DNA of 54,909 bases, taken from the sequence record SRR2962707_431; one strand, 5' to 3'. Made by a program: the position numbers and the translations under genes. The notes beneath the pieces were generated by a model, which made no database searches, had not been told where the DNA came from, and worked only from the letters and a program-made list of their open reading frames with translations. Every line of letters starts with the position of its first letter. The first letter of the stretch is position 1. Below, in pieces: positions 27,160 through 36,947 of this stretch.

Positions 27160-28438
27160 GCTTCAATTTGACTTGAGACAAGAAGATGATGCCAATAATA
27201 AAGAGGGTAGCCAAAGCAAGCGCACTGTTTCGCATCGAGCCGGTAATCTGAAAGATGAATCCATAAATAAACGTCCCAAATACGGTCGACAGATTGAATG
27301 TAACATCGTAAAAACTGAAAAAGGAGGCAGTATCAACGGTATCTTCAGGCATAATCTTGGAGTAAGTTGCTCGTGAAAGTGCTTGCACACCACCCATAAC
27401 CAAACCAACAATTACCGCCAGAGCGTAAAACTCAACTGCCTTGGTAAGGAAAAAAGCATAAACACAGCAGCCAATCCAGATAGTGAGGGTGACCGAAAGT
27501 GAGACGATATTCCCTTTCTTTTCTGAAAGTTTGGCAAAAAGATAAGCTCCGACAATTCCCAAAAATTGGATGGCCAGAATCGTCTTGATCAAGTCATCCG
27601 AACCGATCTCTCCTTTGAGCTCTACAGTGGCAAATAGCACCGCTAAATACATGATTGTTTGAGTCCCTCCATTATAAAAAAAATAAGAGATCAGATATTT
27701 CCGCATATCACCCATATTCTTTAATTGCTTCCAGACTGTACGAAGTTCTCGGTATCCATTGGTCAGGTAATGTCCTGTTGGTTTACGATTGTGGATGTTC
27801 TGAGGCAATTTAGAAATGGCATAGAGGGAAAATCCTATCCACCACACGCCAACTGTCAGAAAGGCTATTCTGGATGCAATCCCCTCGTCAGCAAGGCCAA
27901 ATGTGTCATGCATCTGAATTACAGCCAAATTGATAACTAGAAGAATAACCCCACCTATGTAGCCATAAGAATATCCCTTGGCACTGACAATGTCACGCTT
28001 ATCCTCTGTTACAATCTCATTTAGAAAGGCGTCATAAAAAACCAGACTACCGGAATACCCCACACTGGCGAAAACAGAACATAAGATTCCCCATTCAATA
28101 TTTTGACCGGTAAAAAAGAATAATCCAATACATGAAAAGGATCCGATAAACATGAAGAGTTTCAGAAAAAACTTTTTCTTACCAGCATAATCAGCGATTC
28201 CCGAAAGAATCGGCAATACGATAGCGACAAGCAGGAAAGAGGCAGAAAGCGCATACGAATACAATACCGTATTGACTACTTCAATCCCAAAAAAGTTAAC
28301 CCTGTCTCCACCATTGGCATTGACTGCCACCGCTTGATAATAGATAGGAAAAATGGCCGAAGTAATGGTGAGGGAATACACCGAATTGGCCCAGTCATAC
28401 ATACACCAGGCATTGATCGTCTTCTTATCGTTCATCAT
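27137..28438 (-). CDS. MFS transporter, UMF1/ATG22-like
   Basis: AWCMYDWANSVY, PILSGIADY, VFYDAFL, SAKGYSYGYIGG and MGGVQALSRATY. Confidence 0.92.
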   Translation of the reverse strand: MMNDKKTINAWCMYDWANSVYSLTITSAIFPIYYQAVAVNANGGDRVNFFGIEVVNTVLYSYALSASFLLVAIVLPILSGIADYAGKKKFFLKLFMFIGSFSCIGLFFFTGQNIEWGILCSVFASVGYSGSLVFYDAFLNEIVTEDKRDIVSAKGYSYGYIGGVILLVINLAVIQMHDTFGLADEGIASRIAFLTVGVWWIGFSLYAISKLPQNIHNRKPTGHYLTNGYRELRTVWKQLKNMGDMRKYLISYFFYNGGTQTIMYLAVLFATVELKGEIGSDDLIKTILAIQFLGIVGAYLFAKLSEKKGNIVSLSVTLTIWIGCCVYAFFLTKAVEFYALAVIVGLVMGGVQALSRATYSKIMPEDTVDTASFFSFYDVTFNLSTVFGTFIYGFIFQITGSMRNSALALATLFIIGIIFLSQVKLKHAAPQSA

Positions 28439-28495
28439 ATTGGTCGCGGATTATTTTGCCAAGATAATGAATGCTTCTTTGATTATTTTTAGCTC

Positions 28496-29182
28496 ATGGC
28501 AAAGTCTAAAAAGATAGAACCTGTTCACATCTTTATTGAGATTGTGGTAATCACCATCGGTATACTGATTGCATACCAGTTGAACAACCTGAAGGAGACA
28601 CGTAAAACCAGGGAATCAGAACGGAAAATCCTTCGAGAAATCAAGTCCAACCTTGAGCTGGATAAATTTGACCTTATCGGGAATAAAGAGGCTCATTATG
28701 AAGCACTAAAACTTGCCGACTCACTTCGAAATTGGGATGGTCCGTACGATGATGGCATTGGCATGATGTTGTTCATGGTGTTTCGGGATTACCTTTTTAT
28801 CCCACAAACCAGCGCCTTCGAAACGCTGAAATCCAAGGGAGTCGATTTGATTCAAAATGACAGTATCCGTGTGAGGATACAACGAATGCAAGATTTTCAC
28901 TACCAGGCCTTGATCAGATATGAATCAGAATATGCCTCCAACCAGTTTTATGATGACTTTTTGTTTATTGTTGAGACCTACTACAAGACGTTTCCAGTTC
29001 GAGACCCCAACAAAACCCCTATCCCGAAAGTCAGAAATGCAGCATGGCTAAAGGATCCGGAAGTGATGGTACGCCTTGATTTGTGCGCATTTGAGCATAA
29101 ATTCACACTTTCTTTTTATGAAATGGTGGAAAAAGAAATTGATGATCTCTGTGCTGCCATTGACAAGGAACTCGAAGAATAA
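28496..29182 (+). CDS. Hypothetical protein, DUF6090-like
   Basis: EIVVITIGILIAYQLNN, L.EIKSNL..D and SAFETLKSKG.DLI.NDS.R. Confidence 0.75.
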   Translation: MAKSKKIEPVHIFIEIVVITIGILIAYQLNNLKETRKTRESERKILREIKSNLELDKFDLIGNKEAHYEALKLADSLRNWDGPYDDGIGMMLFMVFRDYLFIPQTSAFETLKSKGVDLIQNDSIRVRIQRMQDFHYQALIRYESEYASNQFYDDFLFIVETYYKTFPVRDPNKTPIPKVRNAAWLKDPEVMVRLDLCAFEHKFTLSFYEMVEKEIDDLCAAIDKELEE

Positions 29183-29185
29183 CTT

Positions 29186-30118
29186 ATGGATTTTGATCAC
29201 TCAATCGGAAAATTAGTCCGGCAAAACTATCCTACCGCCCGACTCCCGTCAGGTACGCTGATCGAGATTCCTATCTTCTCGTATGTAGCTAAAAAAGATG
29301 GCCCGACGCTGCTCCTCATGGCAGGTATGCACGGTGATGAAATCAATGGTGTGGAGATCATGCGAAGAATTATCACGCAAAAATTGTATCAGGTAGATGC
29401 GGGGCGCGTGATATGTGTGCCTGTATTCAATGTGTTTGGTTTCATCAACTTCAGCCGGGAGGTTCCGGATGGAAAAGATGTGAACCGTTCCTTTCCCGGA
29501 TCGAAAACCGGCTCACTCGCCAGTCAGTTTGCTTACTTCATGATGCAGGAAATCATTCCACATATCGATTATGGAATTGACTTTCATACAGGTGGCAAAT
29601 TGATCAATAATTATCCGCAGATTCGGACCACCATGGTTGATCCTGACAATGCCGTTCTGGCAAAGGCATTCTCTGCTCCCTTTACGATAAATTCTTCCTA
29701 TCGGGACAAATCGCTTAGAAAAGAGGCTGCCAAGCTAGGCAAACGGATATTGGTGTATGAAGCAGGTGAATCTCTCAAACTCCGTAAACCTGCAATAGAT
29801 GTAGGCATCAATGGAATGAAACGGCTCATGAAGCATCTAGGCATGATCCAGGAAGCTCCGGAACCAAAAAAGGAAAACATCATCATTGATAAATCTTCAT
29901 GGGTCCGCGCTAGGATCGCAGGCTTGCACTATGCCCAGGCATACAATGGCTCATTTGTAGAGAAAGGTGATGTAATGGGAGTTGTCTCAGACCCCTATGG
30001 CGAGTATGAAAAGGTGATTAAAGCAACCCACAATTGCCATATTTTAGCGATAAACAACAACCCGGTGGTGAACCGGGGAGATGCCTTGTTTCATTTTGGA
30101 TACAATGGTGAGGAATAG
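29186..30118 (+). CDS. Succinylglutamate desuccinylase/aspartoacylase (M14-like) family
   Basis: AGMHGDEING, DVNRSFPG, IDFHTGG and YEAGE. Confidence 0.93.
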   Translation: MDFDHSIGKLVRQNYPTARLPSGTLIEIPIFSYVAKKDGPTLLLMAGMHGDEINGVEIMRRIITQKLYQVDAGRVICVPVFNVFGFINFSREVPDGKDVNRSFPGSKTGSLASQFAYFMMQEIIPHIDYGIDFHTGGKLINNYPQIRTTMVDPDNAVLAKAFSAPFTINSSYRDKSLRKEAAKLGKRILVYEAGESLKLRKPAIDVGINGMKRLMKHLGMIQEAPEPKKENIIIDKSSWVRARIAGLHYAQAYNGSFVEKGDVMGVVSDPYGEYEKVIKATHNCHILAINNNPVVNRGDALFHFGYNGEE

Positions 30119-30128
30119 AAAAATAGAT

Positions 30129-31160
30129 ATGATTTCAACCACTTTTATTAACGTTTCAAAACATCGAAATCCTTACTACAAACTAGTTTGGCTATGTTTT
30201 CTACTGATTTCGATCACCTCCTGTTCTGACAATGAATCAGCGGTATCGGGTACGATCACTGCCAATGATTTCTCAAAAACAATTTACTCGTCACCTGCCA
30301 ATGGCGAAGTGATTGGAAAAATCTTCGCCACTTCTACGCTTTCGGAAATACAATTTGAGCTTATCGAATCAAATCCGGAAGGAATGATCGGAGTTGATCC
30401 GATTACAGGGGAAATCTTCGTAGAGAACGAAGAGCTTTTCGATTTTGACCTTGTTTCCGAAATCAATGCCTCGGTGCTGATAAGTTCAGGTGACCTGACC
30501 AAAACGGTTCGCATTGAAATCATTCTGAGTAAGCTGACAAGCTACGATTTTGAAGTGATCGATTATTTTAAAGAAATCGCACTTGGATTTGAGTTTGGTA
30601 ATGCTACCAGGATCACCAGAAGGTGGGCTACAACGATGAAAATATTCGTGTCAGGCCAAATCAACGCTACATTGGATGCCGAGCTGCTGGAAATTATTAA
30701 TGAAATAAATGCCATATCAACTACAGGTTTTAAGATGGAAATTGTAGCCAGTCAAGCTGAATCCAACTATCATATTTTTTTCGGATCCGGGATGCAATAC
30801 GGGCAGCTATATCCGAATAGCGCAGGCCTGACGTCTTCCAACTGGGGTCTTTTTACCATCTTCTGGAATTCGACTAATCAGCTAACAAATGGCCATATGT
30901 ATGTGGATGTAATCCGGGCCAACCAAGAAGAGCAACTGCATCTATTGAGAGAGGAATTGACACAATCATTGGGTCTGGCTCGTGATTCGGAAAGGTATAC
31001 CAATAGCATTTTTCAGCAATCCTTTTCCACCAAAGTCACCGAGTACAGTGAGATTGATCGAGACCTCATCCGATTGCTTTACCATCCCGACATGAGTGTT
31101 GGGTTATCAGAAAACCAGGTTGATCAGGTTTTGCGCAACATTCTGACCAAAGAGAAATAG
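30129..31160 (+). CDS. Lipoprotein with cadherin-like and DUF2927 domains
   Basis: Lipobox ITSC; cadherin-like VDPITGEIFV..FDFD; YFKEIALGFEFG, LREELTQSLGL.RDS and SIF. Start position uncertain. Confidence 0.75.
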   Translation: MISTTFINVSKHRNPYYKLVWLCFLLISITSCSDNESAVSGTITANDFSKTIYSSPANGEVIGKIFATSTLSEIQFELIESNPEGMIGVDPITGEIFVENEELFDFDLVSEINASVLISSGDLTKTVRIEIILSKLTSYDFEVIDYFKEIALGFEFGNATRITRRWATTMKIFVSGQINATLDAELLEIINEINAISTTGFKMEIVASQAESNYHIFFGSGMQYGQLYPNSAGLTSSNWGLFTIFWNSTNQLTNGHMYVDVIRANQEEQLHLLREELTQSLGLARDSERYTNSIFQQSFSTKVTEYSEIDRDLIRLLYHPDMSVGLSENQVDQVLRNILTKEK

Positions 31161-31170
31161 CTTCCTAAGC

Positions 31171-31788
31171 ATGATGTATTCAGAGAAAGAAGAAAATCTC
31201 AATATCTGGTCTCATGGAATTGGAATCGTCCTTGGTGTCATTGGAACAATGTTCTTGCTCATCAAAGCAACCGGATCTAACGCATTTATCGCCTCGGCTA
31301 TTTATGGAACCAGTATGATTCTGTTGTATACAGCCTCCACACTTTATCATCGGGAAAAAAACGATGAAAGAAGAGCTAAACTCCGGATTTTCGATCACAT
31401 CGCTATCTACTTTCTGATCGCCGGAACCTACACCCCTTTCGCCATGATTACCCTTCACGACAGTATTGGCTCTACAGTTCTACTTATTATTTGGGGCCTG
31501 GCTGCTGTGGGCTTCATTTTGAAGTTATTCTTTACCGGCAAATACAATCTGCTATCAGTTGCCTTGTACGTTGGCATGGGTTGGGTTGGAATATTTGCAG
31601 TAAATCCCATAAGGGAAAACCTACAACATGAAGGCGTCATGCTAATTCTGACCGGTGGTATAGCCTATACAATTGGCGCCATCATCTACTCCATTAAACG
31701 AATCCCTTTCAACCATGCTACCTTTCATTTTTTTGTTCTTCTAGGCAGCCTTTTCCACTTTTTGAGCATTTACAAATACGTTTTGTAA
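31171..31788 (+). CDS. trhA: Hemolysin III / PAQR family membrane protein
   Basis: EENLNIWSHG, STLYH, DHIAIYFLIAGTYTP, YVGMGW and HATFHFFV..GS..H. Confidence 0.93.
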   Translation: MMYSEKEENLNIWSHGIGIVLGVIGTMFLLIKATGSNAFIASAIYGTSMILLYTASTLYHREKNDERRAKLRIFDHIAIYFLIAGTYTPFAMITLHDSIGSTVLLIIWGLAAVGFILKLFFTGKYNLLSVALYVGMGWVGIFAVNPIRENLQHEGVMLILTGGIAYTIGAIIYSIKRIPFNHATFHFFVLLGSLFHFLSIYKYVL

Positions 31789-31803
31789 ATTCATTAACAC
31801 AAA

Positions 31804-31832
31804 CCATTCATCCGTATTTTGCACCACTCATC
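31804..31832 (+). promoter_or_regulatory. 9-bp imperfect direct repeat (ccattcatc / ccactcatc), possible regulator site
   Basis: Units at 31804 and 31824, upstream of the ABC/M1 operon. Confidence 0.3.
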
Positions 31833-31904
31833 AAGTAGAAGAAAGAATTTGATACTTAATGATGACTAAATGCATCATATCACAACAACAAAAAAAGCGA
31901 TCCT

Positions 31905-32798
31905 ATGAACCTACTTATTAAGAATCTTTCGAAGACGTACGCTAATGGAGTAAAAGCACTCAATGACGTCACACTGGACATCCCTACCGGCATGTTTGGT
32001 CTGCTCGGGCCCAATGGAGCCGGGAAATCAAGTCTGATGAGGACCATCGCCACACTACAGGATCCGGACACAGGAAGTATTACTCTGGGTGATCTGGATG
32101 TATTAAGGCAGAAAGATGAGGTAAGGAAGATTCTTGGGTACCTACCTCAGGAATTTGGTGTTTATCCAAAGATCAGCGCTGAGGTGTTGCTTGATCACCT
32201 GGCAGTACTCAAAGGTGTCACCAACAAAAAGGAACGCAAGGAGTTGGTGAAAACTTTGCTTCACAAAACCAATTTATGGCAGGCAAGAAAGAAAAACCTT
32301 GGGGGATATTCTGGAGGTATGAAGCAACGATTTGGCATAGCCCAAGCTTTGCTTTCAGATCCTAAATTGATCATCGTGGATGAGCCAACTGCCGGACTTG
32401 ATCCTGCGGAAAGAAACCGATTTCTCAACCTGCTGAGTGAATTGGGTGAAAATACGGTTGTTATTCTCTCAACACACATAGTTGATGATGTGAAAGAATT
32501 GTGCACCAACATGGCCATCATCAATCAGGGAACAGTGCTGCATCAAGGCAATCCATTGAAAGCCATCGAAGAAGTGAACGGTCGAGTTTGGAAAAAATTC
32601 ATCGAGAAAGGAGAACTTCAAAACTATCAGAATGAATACCACGTCATCTCAGACAGACTGATTGCAGGCAAACCGGAAATCCATGTGCTTGCTGATTCGC
32701 AACCGGATCCTTCATTTGAAAGTGTAGAAGCAGATCTTGAAGATGTCTATTTCTCCCATATTCTTGCTCCCAGACAAGAAGAAGCTGTTGCTGTTTAA
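31905..32798 (+). CDS. ABC transporter ATP-binding protein
   Basis: GPNGAGKS, YSGGMKQR, IIVDEPTAGLDP and STH. Confidence 0.96.
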   Translation: MNLLIKNLSKTYANGVKALNDVTLDIPTGMFGLLGPNGAGKSSLMRTIATLQDPDTGSITLGDLDVLRQKDEVRKILGYLPQEFGVYPKISAEVLLDHLAVLKGVTNKKERKELVKTLLHKTNLWQARKKNLGGYSGGMKQRFGIAQALLSDPKLIIVDEPTAGLDPAERNRFLNLLSELGENTVVILSTHIVDDVKELCTNMAIINQGTVLHQGNPLKAIEEVNGRVWKKFIEKGELQNYQNEYHVISDRLIAGKPEIHVLADSQPDPSFESVEADLEDVYFSHILAPRQEEAVAV

Positions 32799-32820
32799 GT
32801 CTCACCCTAACGATAAAATT

Positions 32821-35800
32821 ATGTGGTTTAAGATATTAAAATTCGAACTCGAGTATCGTAAGGCGCGACCAGCTACTTACATCTATTTCGGCATCCTGTT
32901 TCTGATGGCCGTTTTGACCATGGCAACTGATATTGTACAGATTGGCGGTGGTTCCGGATTAGTAAAAGAAAATTCCCCTACGACCATCGCGAATATGATG
33001 GCGATCCTGTCCGCTGTAATGATGATGATCACCTCAGCCATCATGGGTGTGGCGGTCTTGAGGGATTTTGAGCACAATACAGAATCCATGCTCTTTACCA
33101 GTCCCATTACCAAATTTGATTACCTCGCTGGTAGGTTTCTAGGCTCTTTCCTTGTGGTATTGTTTGTCTTCTCAGGCATGGTGCTGGGATTTATGGTAGG
33201 TGAATTATTCAATCCTGATAAAGACAAAATGTTGCCTTTCAGTTTTTACAACTATTTGCATCCATTTATCACGCTAACCATACCCAGCTTGTTCTTTTCA
33301 GGTGCCTTGTTCTTTTTCACGGGCGCACTCTCACGAAAAATGGTGACGGTTTATGTCCAGTGGATCTTATTGTTTGCTGTGTACCAGGTTGCCATCATTC
33401 TAACCAGGGAAGTAGACAACCGCGCCATTGCTGCCTTGATCGATCCATTTGCGATCAGGACGATTCAGAATACCATTCAGTATTGGACGGTGGCAGAGCA
33501 AAATAGTATGGTGGTGCCTTTCGAGGGGATTGTGTTGTATAATCGATTGATTTGGATAGGCGTAGGACTTATTGCTATGATCATTGGCTATTATTCCTTC
33601 AGCTTTAATGTGGTCCGAAAGTCATGGTTTAAGAAGAAAACACAAAAAGAGGAATCAGCATCAAATACAGCTATAAGCATCCCAACAGTGAACTTTAGCT
33701 TTGGATTAGGTGCTTATATTTTGCAAATAAGAAAGCAAACCTGGTTCTACTTTAAAAGTGTAATTAAGGGTATTCCTTTCCAGGCTATCATAGGATTTGG
33801 ACTCTTCCTAATGATCATCAATTCCTTCTTTATTGGTAGGGTGTTTGGTACCTATACCTACCCGACCACTTACCTTATGTTGGAGCTGATTACAGGAGGC
33901 TTTACTCTTTTCTTCATTATTATTCTGGTTTTCTATTCAGGCGAGTTGGTCTGGAAAGAACGTGATGTAAAAATCAACCTGATTCAGGATGCTTTGCCAA
34001 TGCCCGACTTTGTTAGTCTGATTAGCAAATTTTTCGGGTTGATGCTTGTATTCAGCGTGATGCTGGTCATGCTAGTAGGTGCGGGTGTCATCATCCAGGC
34101 ATTTAAGGGCTATTACAAGTTTGATTTACCTGTGTATTTCACCACCCTTTTCAGCGAGACATTCTCTACTCTTGTTTTGTTCTCGTTACTTGCCTTTTTC
34201 ATTCAGGTAATGGTCAACAACAAGTTTCTTGGTCATGCGCTTATGATCATTTTCTTTATCGCGATGGGCGTTCTTGATTCGCTCGGACTCGAGCATAGTT
34301 TATTCCAATTTGGAAGCGCTAGTCTGGGTACCTACTCCGAAATGAACGGGTTTGGTCACTTTGTAGAGAGCTTTTCCTGGTTCGACCTTTATTGGATGGC
34401 CTTCAGTGTATTCTTGTTTGGAGTAGCTGTCATTTTCGCCGTGCGAGGATCCGAGGCTGCTATGAAGTGGAGATGGCATGTAGGTAAAATGCGCTTAAGC
34501 AGGCCTATGCTAATCTTGATCATCACGGCCTTTATGACATTTGGGCTCTCCGGGTGTTTTATCTATTACAATACCAATGTGCAGAATTCCTATCAGAATT
34601 CAGATGAGCAGGAAGCAGAATCTGCTGATTACGAGCGAACGCTAAAAAAATATGAGTTCATTGCACAGCCCAAGATCACGAGCATCAATGTAAAGGCTGA
34701 AATCTATCCTCAAACGCGGGATTATAGCATGGAGGGCACCTATGTGCTGAAAAACTACGAATCTCAGCCCATTGACAGCATACATATTCAATTGGGACCT
34801 GATGAGGACATGACGTACGAAAACGTCGTTTTCAGTAGAAATTCGACGATCGTAGAGAGCTACGATGATTACAGGTATTATGTCCATAAACTGGATGACC
34901 CATTGCAACCTGGTGACTCCATCACACTGGATTTCAAAATGACGTATGTGACCAAAGGGTTCAAAGAGTCCGGCTCCAATACGAGTATTGTTTACAATGG
35001 CACATTCCTCAATAATTTCAGCTTCCCAAGCTTTGGGTACAATTCAGGATTTGAGTTGGGATCAGACAATGACCGTAAAGACAATGACCTGGAACCAAAA
35101 GAGCGCATGATGAAACGCGATAACCCGATTGGCTTGCGTCAGAATTTCATCAGTGATGATTCACACGGTGTAGACTTTGAGATCATCGTTGGAACTGAAT
35201 CCGATCAAATAGCAGTTGCACCGGGCTACTTGCAACGTGAGTGGGAAGAAAATGGAAGACGGTATTTCCACTACAAGATGGATCAACCAATGATGCCATT
35301 CTTCAATATCGTTTCAGCACGATATGAGGTGGTGCGTGATAAAACAAGCATTGCTGTGAATGATTCAACTGACAAGGATATTAATCTGGAGATCTACTAT
35401 CATCCGGGTCATGAATACAACCTAGAGAGTATGATGAAGGGGATGAAACATTCCTTTAAGTACTTCTCAGAAAACTTCAGTCCTTACCAGTTCAGCCAGA
35501 TGCGCATTCTCGAATTTCCAAGGTATGCCTCATTCGCTCAATCTTTTGCCAATACCGTCCCCTTCTCAGAGGCGATCGGATTCATGGTGAAAGTGGAAGA
35601 AGAGGATGATGTGGATGTCACATATTTTGTGACTGCACATGAGTTGGCTCACCAGTGGTGGGGTCACCAACTGTTCCCCGCCAATGTTCAGGGAAGTGCC
35701 GTTCTTTCCGAGACTTTATCTCAATACTCGGCATTGATGGTAATGAAACAAGAGTATCCCCAGGAGCACATCAAGGAGTTTCTGAAGGAAGAGCTCAACC

Positions 35801-36438
35801 GATACCTGAGAGGACGAACCGTAGAGCAGAAGAAAGAGATGCCATTGGCACTTGCTGAAAACCAAGCCTACATCCACTATGGAAAAGGTGCAAATATTAT
35901 GTACGCTTTGCAGGATTACATCGGCGAAGACAGCATCAATGTGGCTTTGCAAAGACTTGTAAGGGACTGGGGTTTCAAAAGCATCGAGCGAAATGGAAGG
36001 TATGCAACCACCATTGATCTATTAGGATACTTACGAGAAGTTACCCCGGATAGCCTTCAAAGCGTCATCACAGACTTCTTCGATAGAATTATTCTTTATG
36101 AAAATAAAGTAGATGAAGCCTCTTATGTAGAGAATGCGGAGAATGATTTCACAGTTTCTCTCAAGCTAAGCACGAAAAAGATGGAATCGGATAGCGTAGG
36201 CCTGTCGAGTGAAATTCCGATCTCAGATTGGATAGATGTGGGTGTATACACCACCGATGAAGATGGCGATGAGAAATTGATTTATTTGAAAAAACATAAG
36301 TTTTCAAAAACCGATAATGAGATTGAGATAAAGGTGGATCAAAAACCCTCATCTGTGGGTGTAGATCCTCTCAATAAGCTTATCGACAGGAACCCGACTG
36401 ATAATACCAAGAAGGTTTCAGAGAAGACTTCCACTTAA
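32821..36438 (+). CDS. ABC-2 permease / M1 aminopeptidase fusion protein
   Basis: Two multi-TM permease halves, then EFPRYASFAQSF and HELAHQWWG..LSETLSQYSAL, YIHYGKG. ATG at 32821. Confidence 0.92.
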   Translation: MWFKILKFELEYRKARPATYIYFGILFLMAVLTMATDIVQIGGGSGLVKENSPTTIANMMAILSAVMMMITSAIMGVAVLRDFEHNTESMLFTSPITKFDYLAGRFLGSFLVVLFVFSGMVLGFMVGELFNPDKDKMLPFSFYNYLHPFITLTIPSLFFSGALFFFTGALSRKMVTVYVQWILLFAVYQVAIILTREVDNRAIAALIDPFAIRTIQNTIQYWTVAEQNSMVVPFEGIVLYNRLIWIGVGLIAMIIGYYSFSFNVVRKSWFKKKTQKEESASNTAISIPTVNFSFGLGAYILQIRKQTWFYFKSVIKGIPFQAIIGFGLFLMIINSFFIGRVFGTYTYPTTYLMLELITGGFTLFFIIILVFYSGELVWKERDVKINLIQDALPMPDFVSLISKFFGLMLVFSVMLVMLVGAGVIIQAFKGYYKFDLPVYFTTLFSETFSTLVLFSLLAFFIQVMVNNKFLGHALMIIFFIAMGVLDSLGLEHSLFQFGSASLGTYSEMNGFGHFVESFSWFDLYWMAFSVFLFGVAVIFAVRGSEAAMKWRWHVGKMRLSRPMLILIITAFMTFGLSGCFIYYNTNVQNSYQNSDEQEAESADYERTLKKYEFIAQPKITSINVKAEIYPQTRDYSMEGTYVLKNYESQPIDSIHIQLGPDEDMTYENVVFSRNSTIVESYDDYRYYVHKLDDPLQPGDSITLDFKMTYVTKGFKESGSNTSIVYNGTFLNNFSFPSFGYNSGFELGSDNDRKDNDLEPKERMMKRDNPIGLRQNFISDDSHGVDFEIIVGTESDQIAVAPGYLQREWEENGRRYFHYKMDQPMMPFFNIVSARYEVVRDKTSIAVNDSTDKDINLEIYYHPGHEYNLESMMKGMKHSFKYFSENFSPYQFSQMRILEFPRYASFAQSFANTVPFSEAIGFMVKVEEEDDVDVTYFVTAHELAHQWWGHQLFPANVQGSAVLSETLSQYSALMVMKQEYPQEHIKEFLKEELNRYLRGRTVEQKKEMPLALAENQAYIHYGKGANIMYALQDYIGEDSINVALQRLVRDWGFKSIERNGRYATTIDLLGYLREVTPDSLQSVITDFFDRIILYENKVDEASYVENAENDFTVSLKLSTKKMESDSVGLSSEIPISDWIDVGVYTTDEDGDEKLIYLKKHKFSKTDNEIEIKVDQKPSSVGVDPLNKLIDRNPTDNTKKVSEKTST

Positions 36439-36460
36439 TCACACAACTCAACTATTCATT

Positions 36461-36492
36461 AAAAGCAGCCGCTCCTAGTGGCTGTTTTTTTT
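36461..36492 (+). terminator. Rho-independent terminator
   Basis: aaaagcagccgc-tccta-gtggctgtttt followed by a T run. Confidence 0.8.
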
Positions 36493-36597
36493 GCACTTAA
36501 CTTAAGCAAAATGACCATAGGTAAAATACCCCATTTTGGGTATTGACTGAAAGTGTCTTGTGGGTTTGCTTTGTAATCAGTCAAACCTGCCTTAGTT

Positions 36598-36702
36598 ATG
36601 AACATGTTGAAAACCTTAGGTATCCCGAAGGGATATGCAGAAGCTGCTGGAAAGTTGGCTTTGATCGCATTGATCTTCACACTACTACTAAATCTGGGTT
36701 GA
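36598..36702 (+). CDS. Putative 34-aa single-TM small protein
   Basis: MNMLKTLGIPKGYAEAAGKLALIALIFTLLLNLG*. It lies alone between two terminators and is shorter than any ORF in the supplied track. Confidence 0.55.
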   Translation: MNMLKTLGIPKGYAEAAGKLALIALIFTLLLNLG

Positions 36703-36747
36703 ATCGCTCTGTGCGCCTGATTTACTACCGTTAAACACTTGATTTGT

Positions 36748-36773
36748 AAGGACACCATTTGGTGTCCTTTTTT
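36748..36773 (+). terminator. Rho-independent terminator
   Basis: aaggacacc-attt-ggtgtcctt followed by tttt. Confidence 0.85.
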
Positions 36774-36947
36774 ATTAATATATCTATAGCTACCATCAGA
36801 ATCCTAATAAATCGAATCTCAGGTTACAAAAAAAGATTCGGTTGTAGACATATTATATATAACCTGCCTTAGGCATTCAGCACAACTACAGAAGTTCTTT
36901 GTGAGGGATTCAAAGTGAATTCCTAAAACAAACCAAAACTTAAGAAA

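Noticed and set aside
31171..31788. Hemolysin virulence factor
   Set aside because: The hemolysin III/PAQR family is a widespread membrane-homeostasis family; the name is not evidence of toxicity.
36459..36758. ORF-track calls 36459..36758 (-) and 36543..36734 (+)
   Set aside because: The minus-strand ORF crosses both terminator hairpins and neither looks protein-like; the 34-aa ORF at 36598 fits the terminator layout better.
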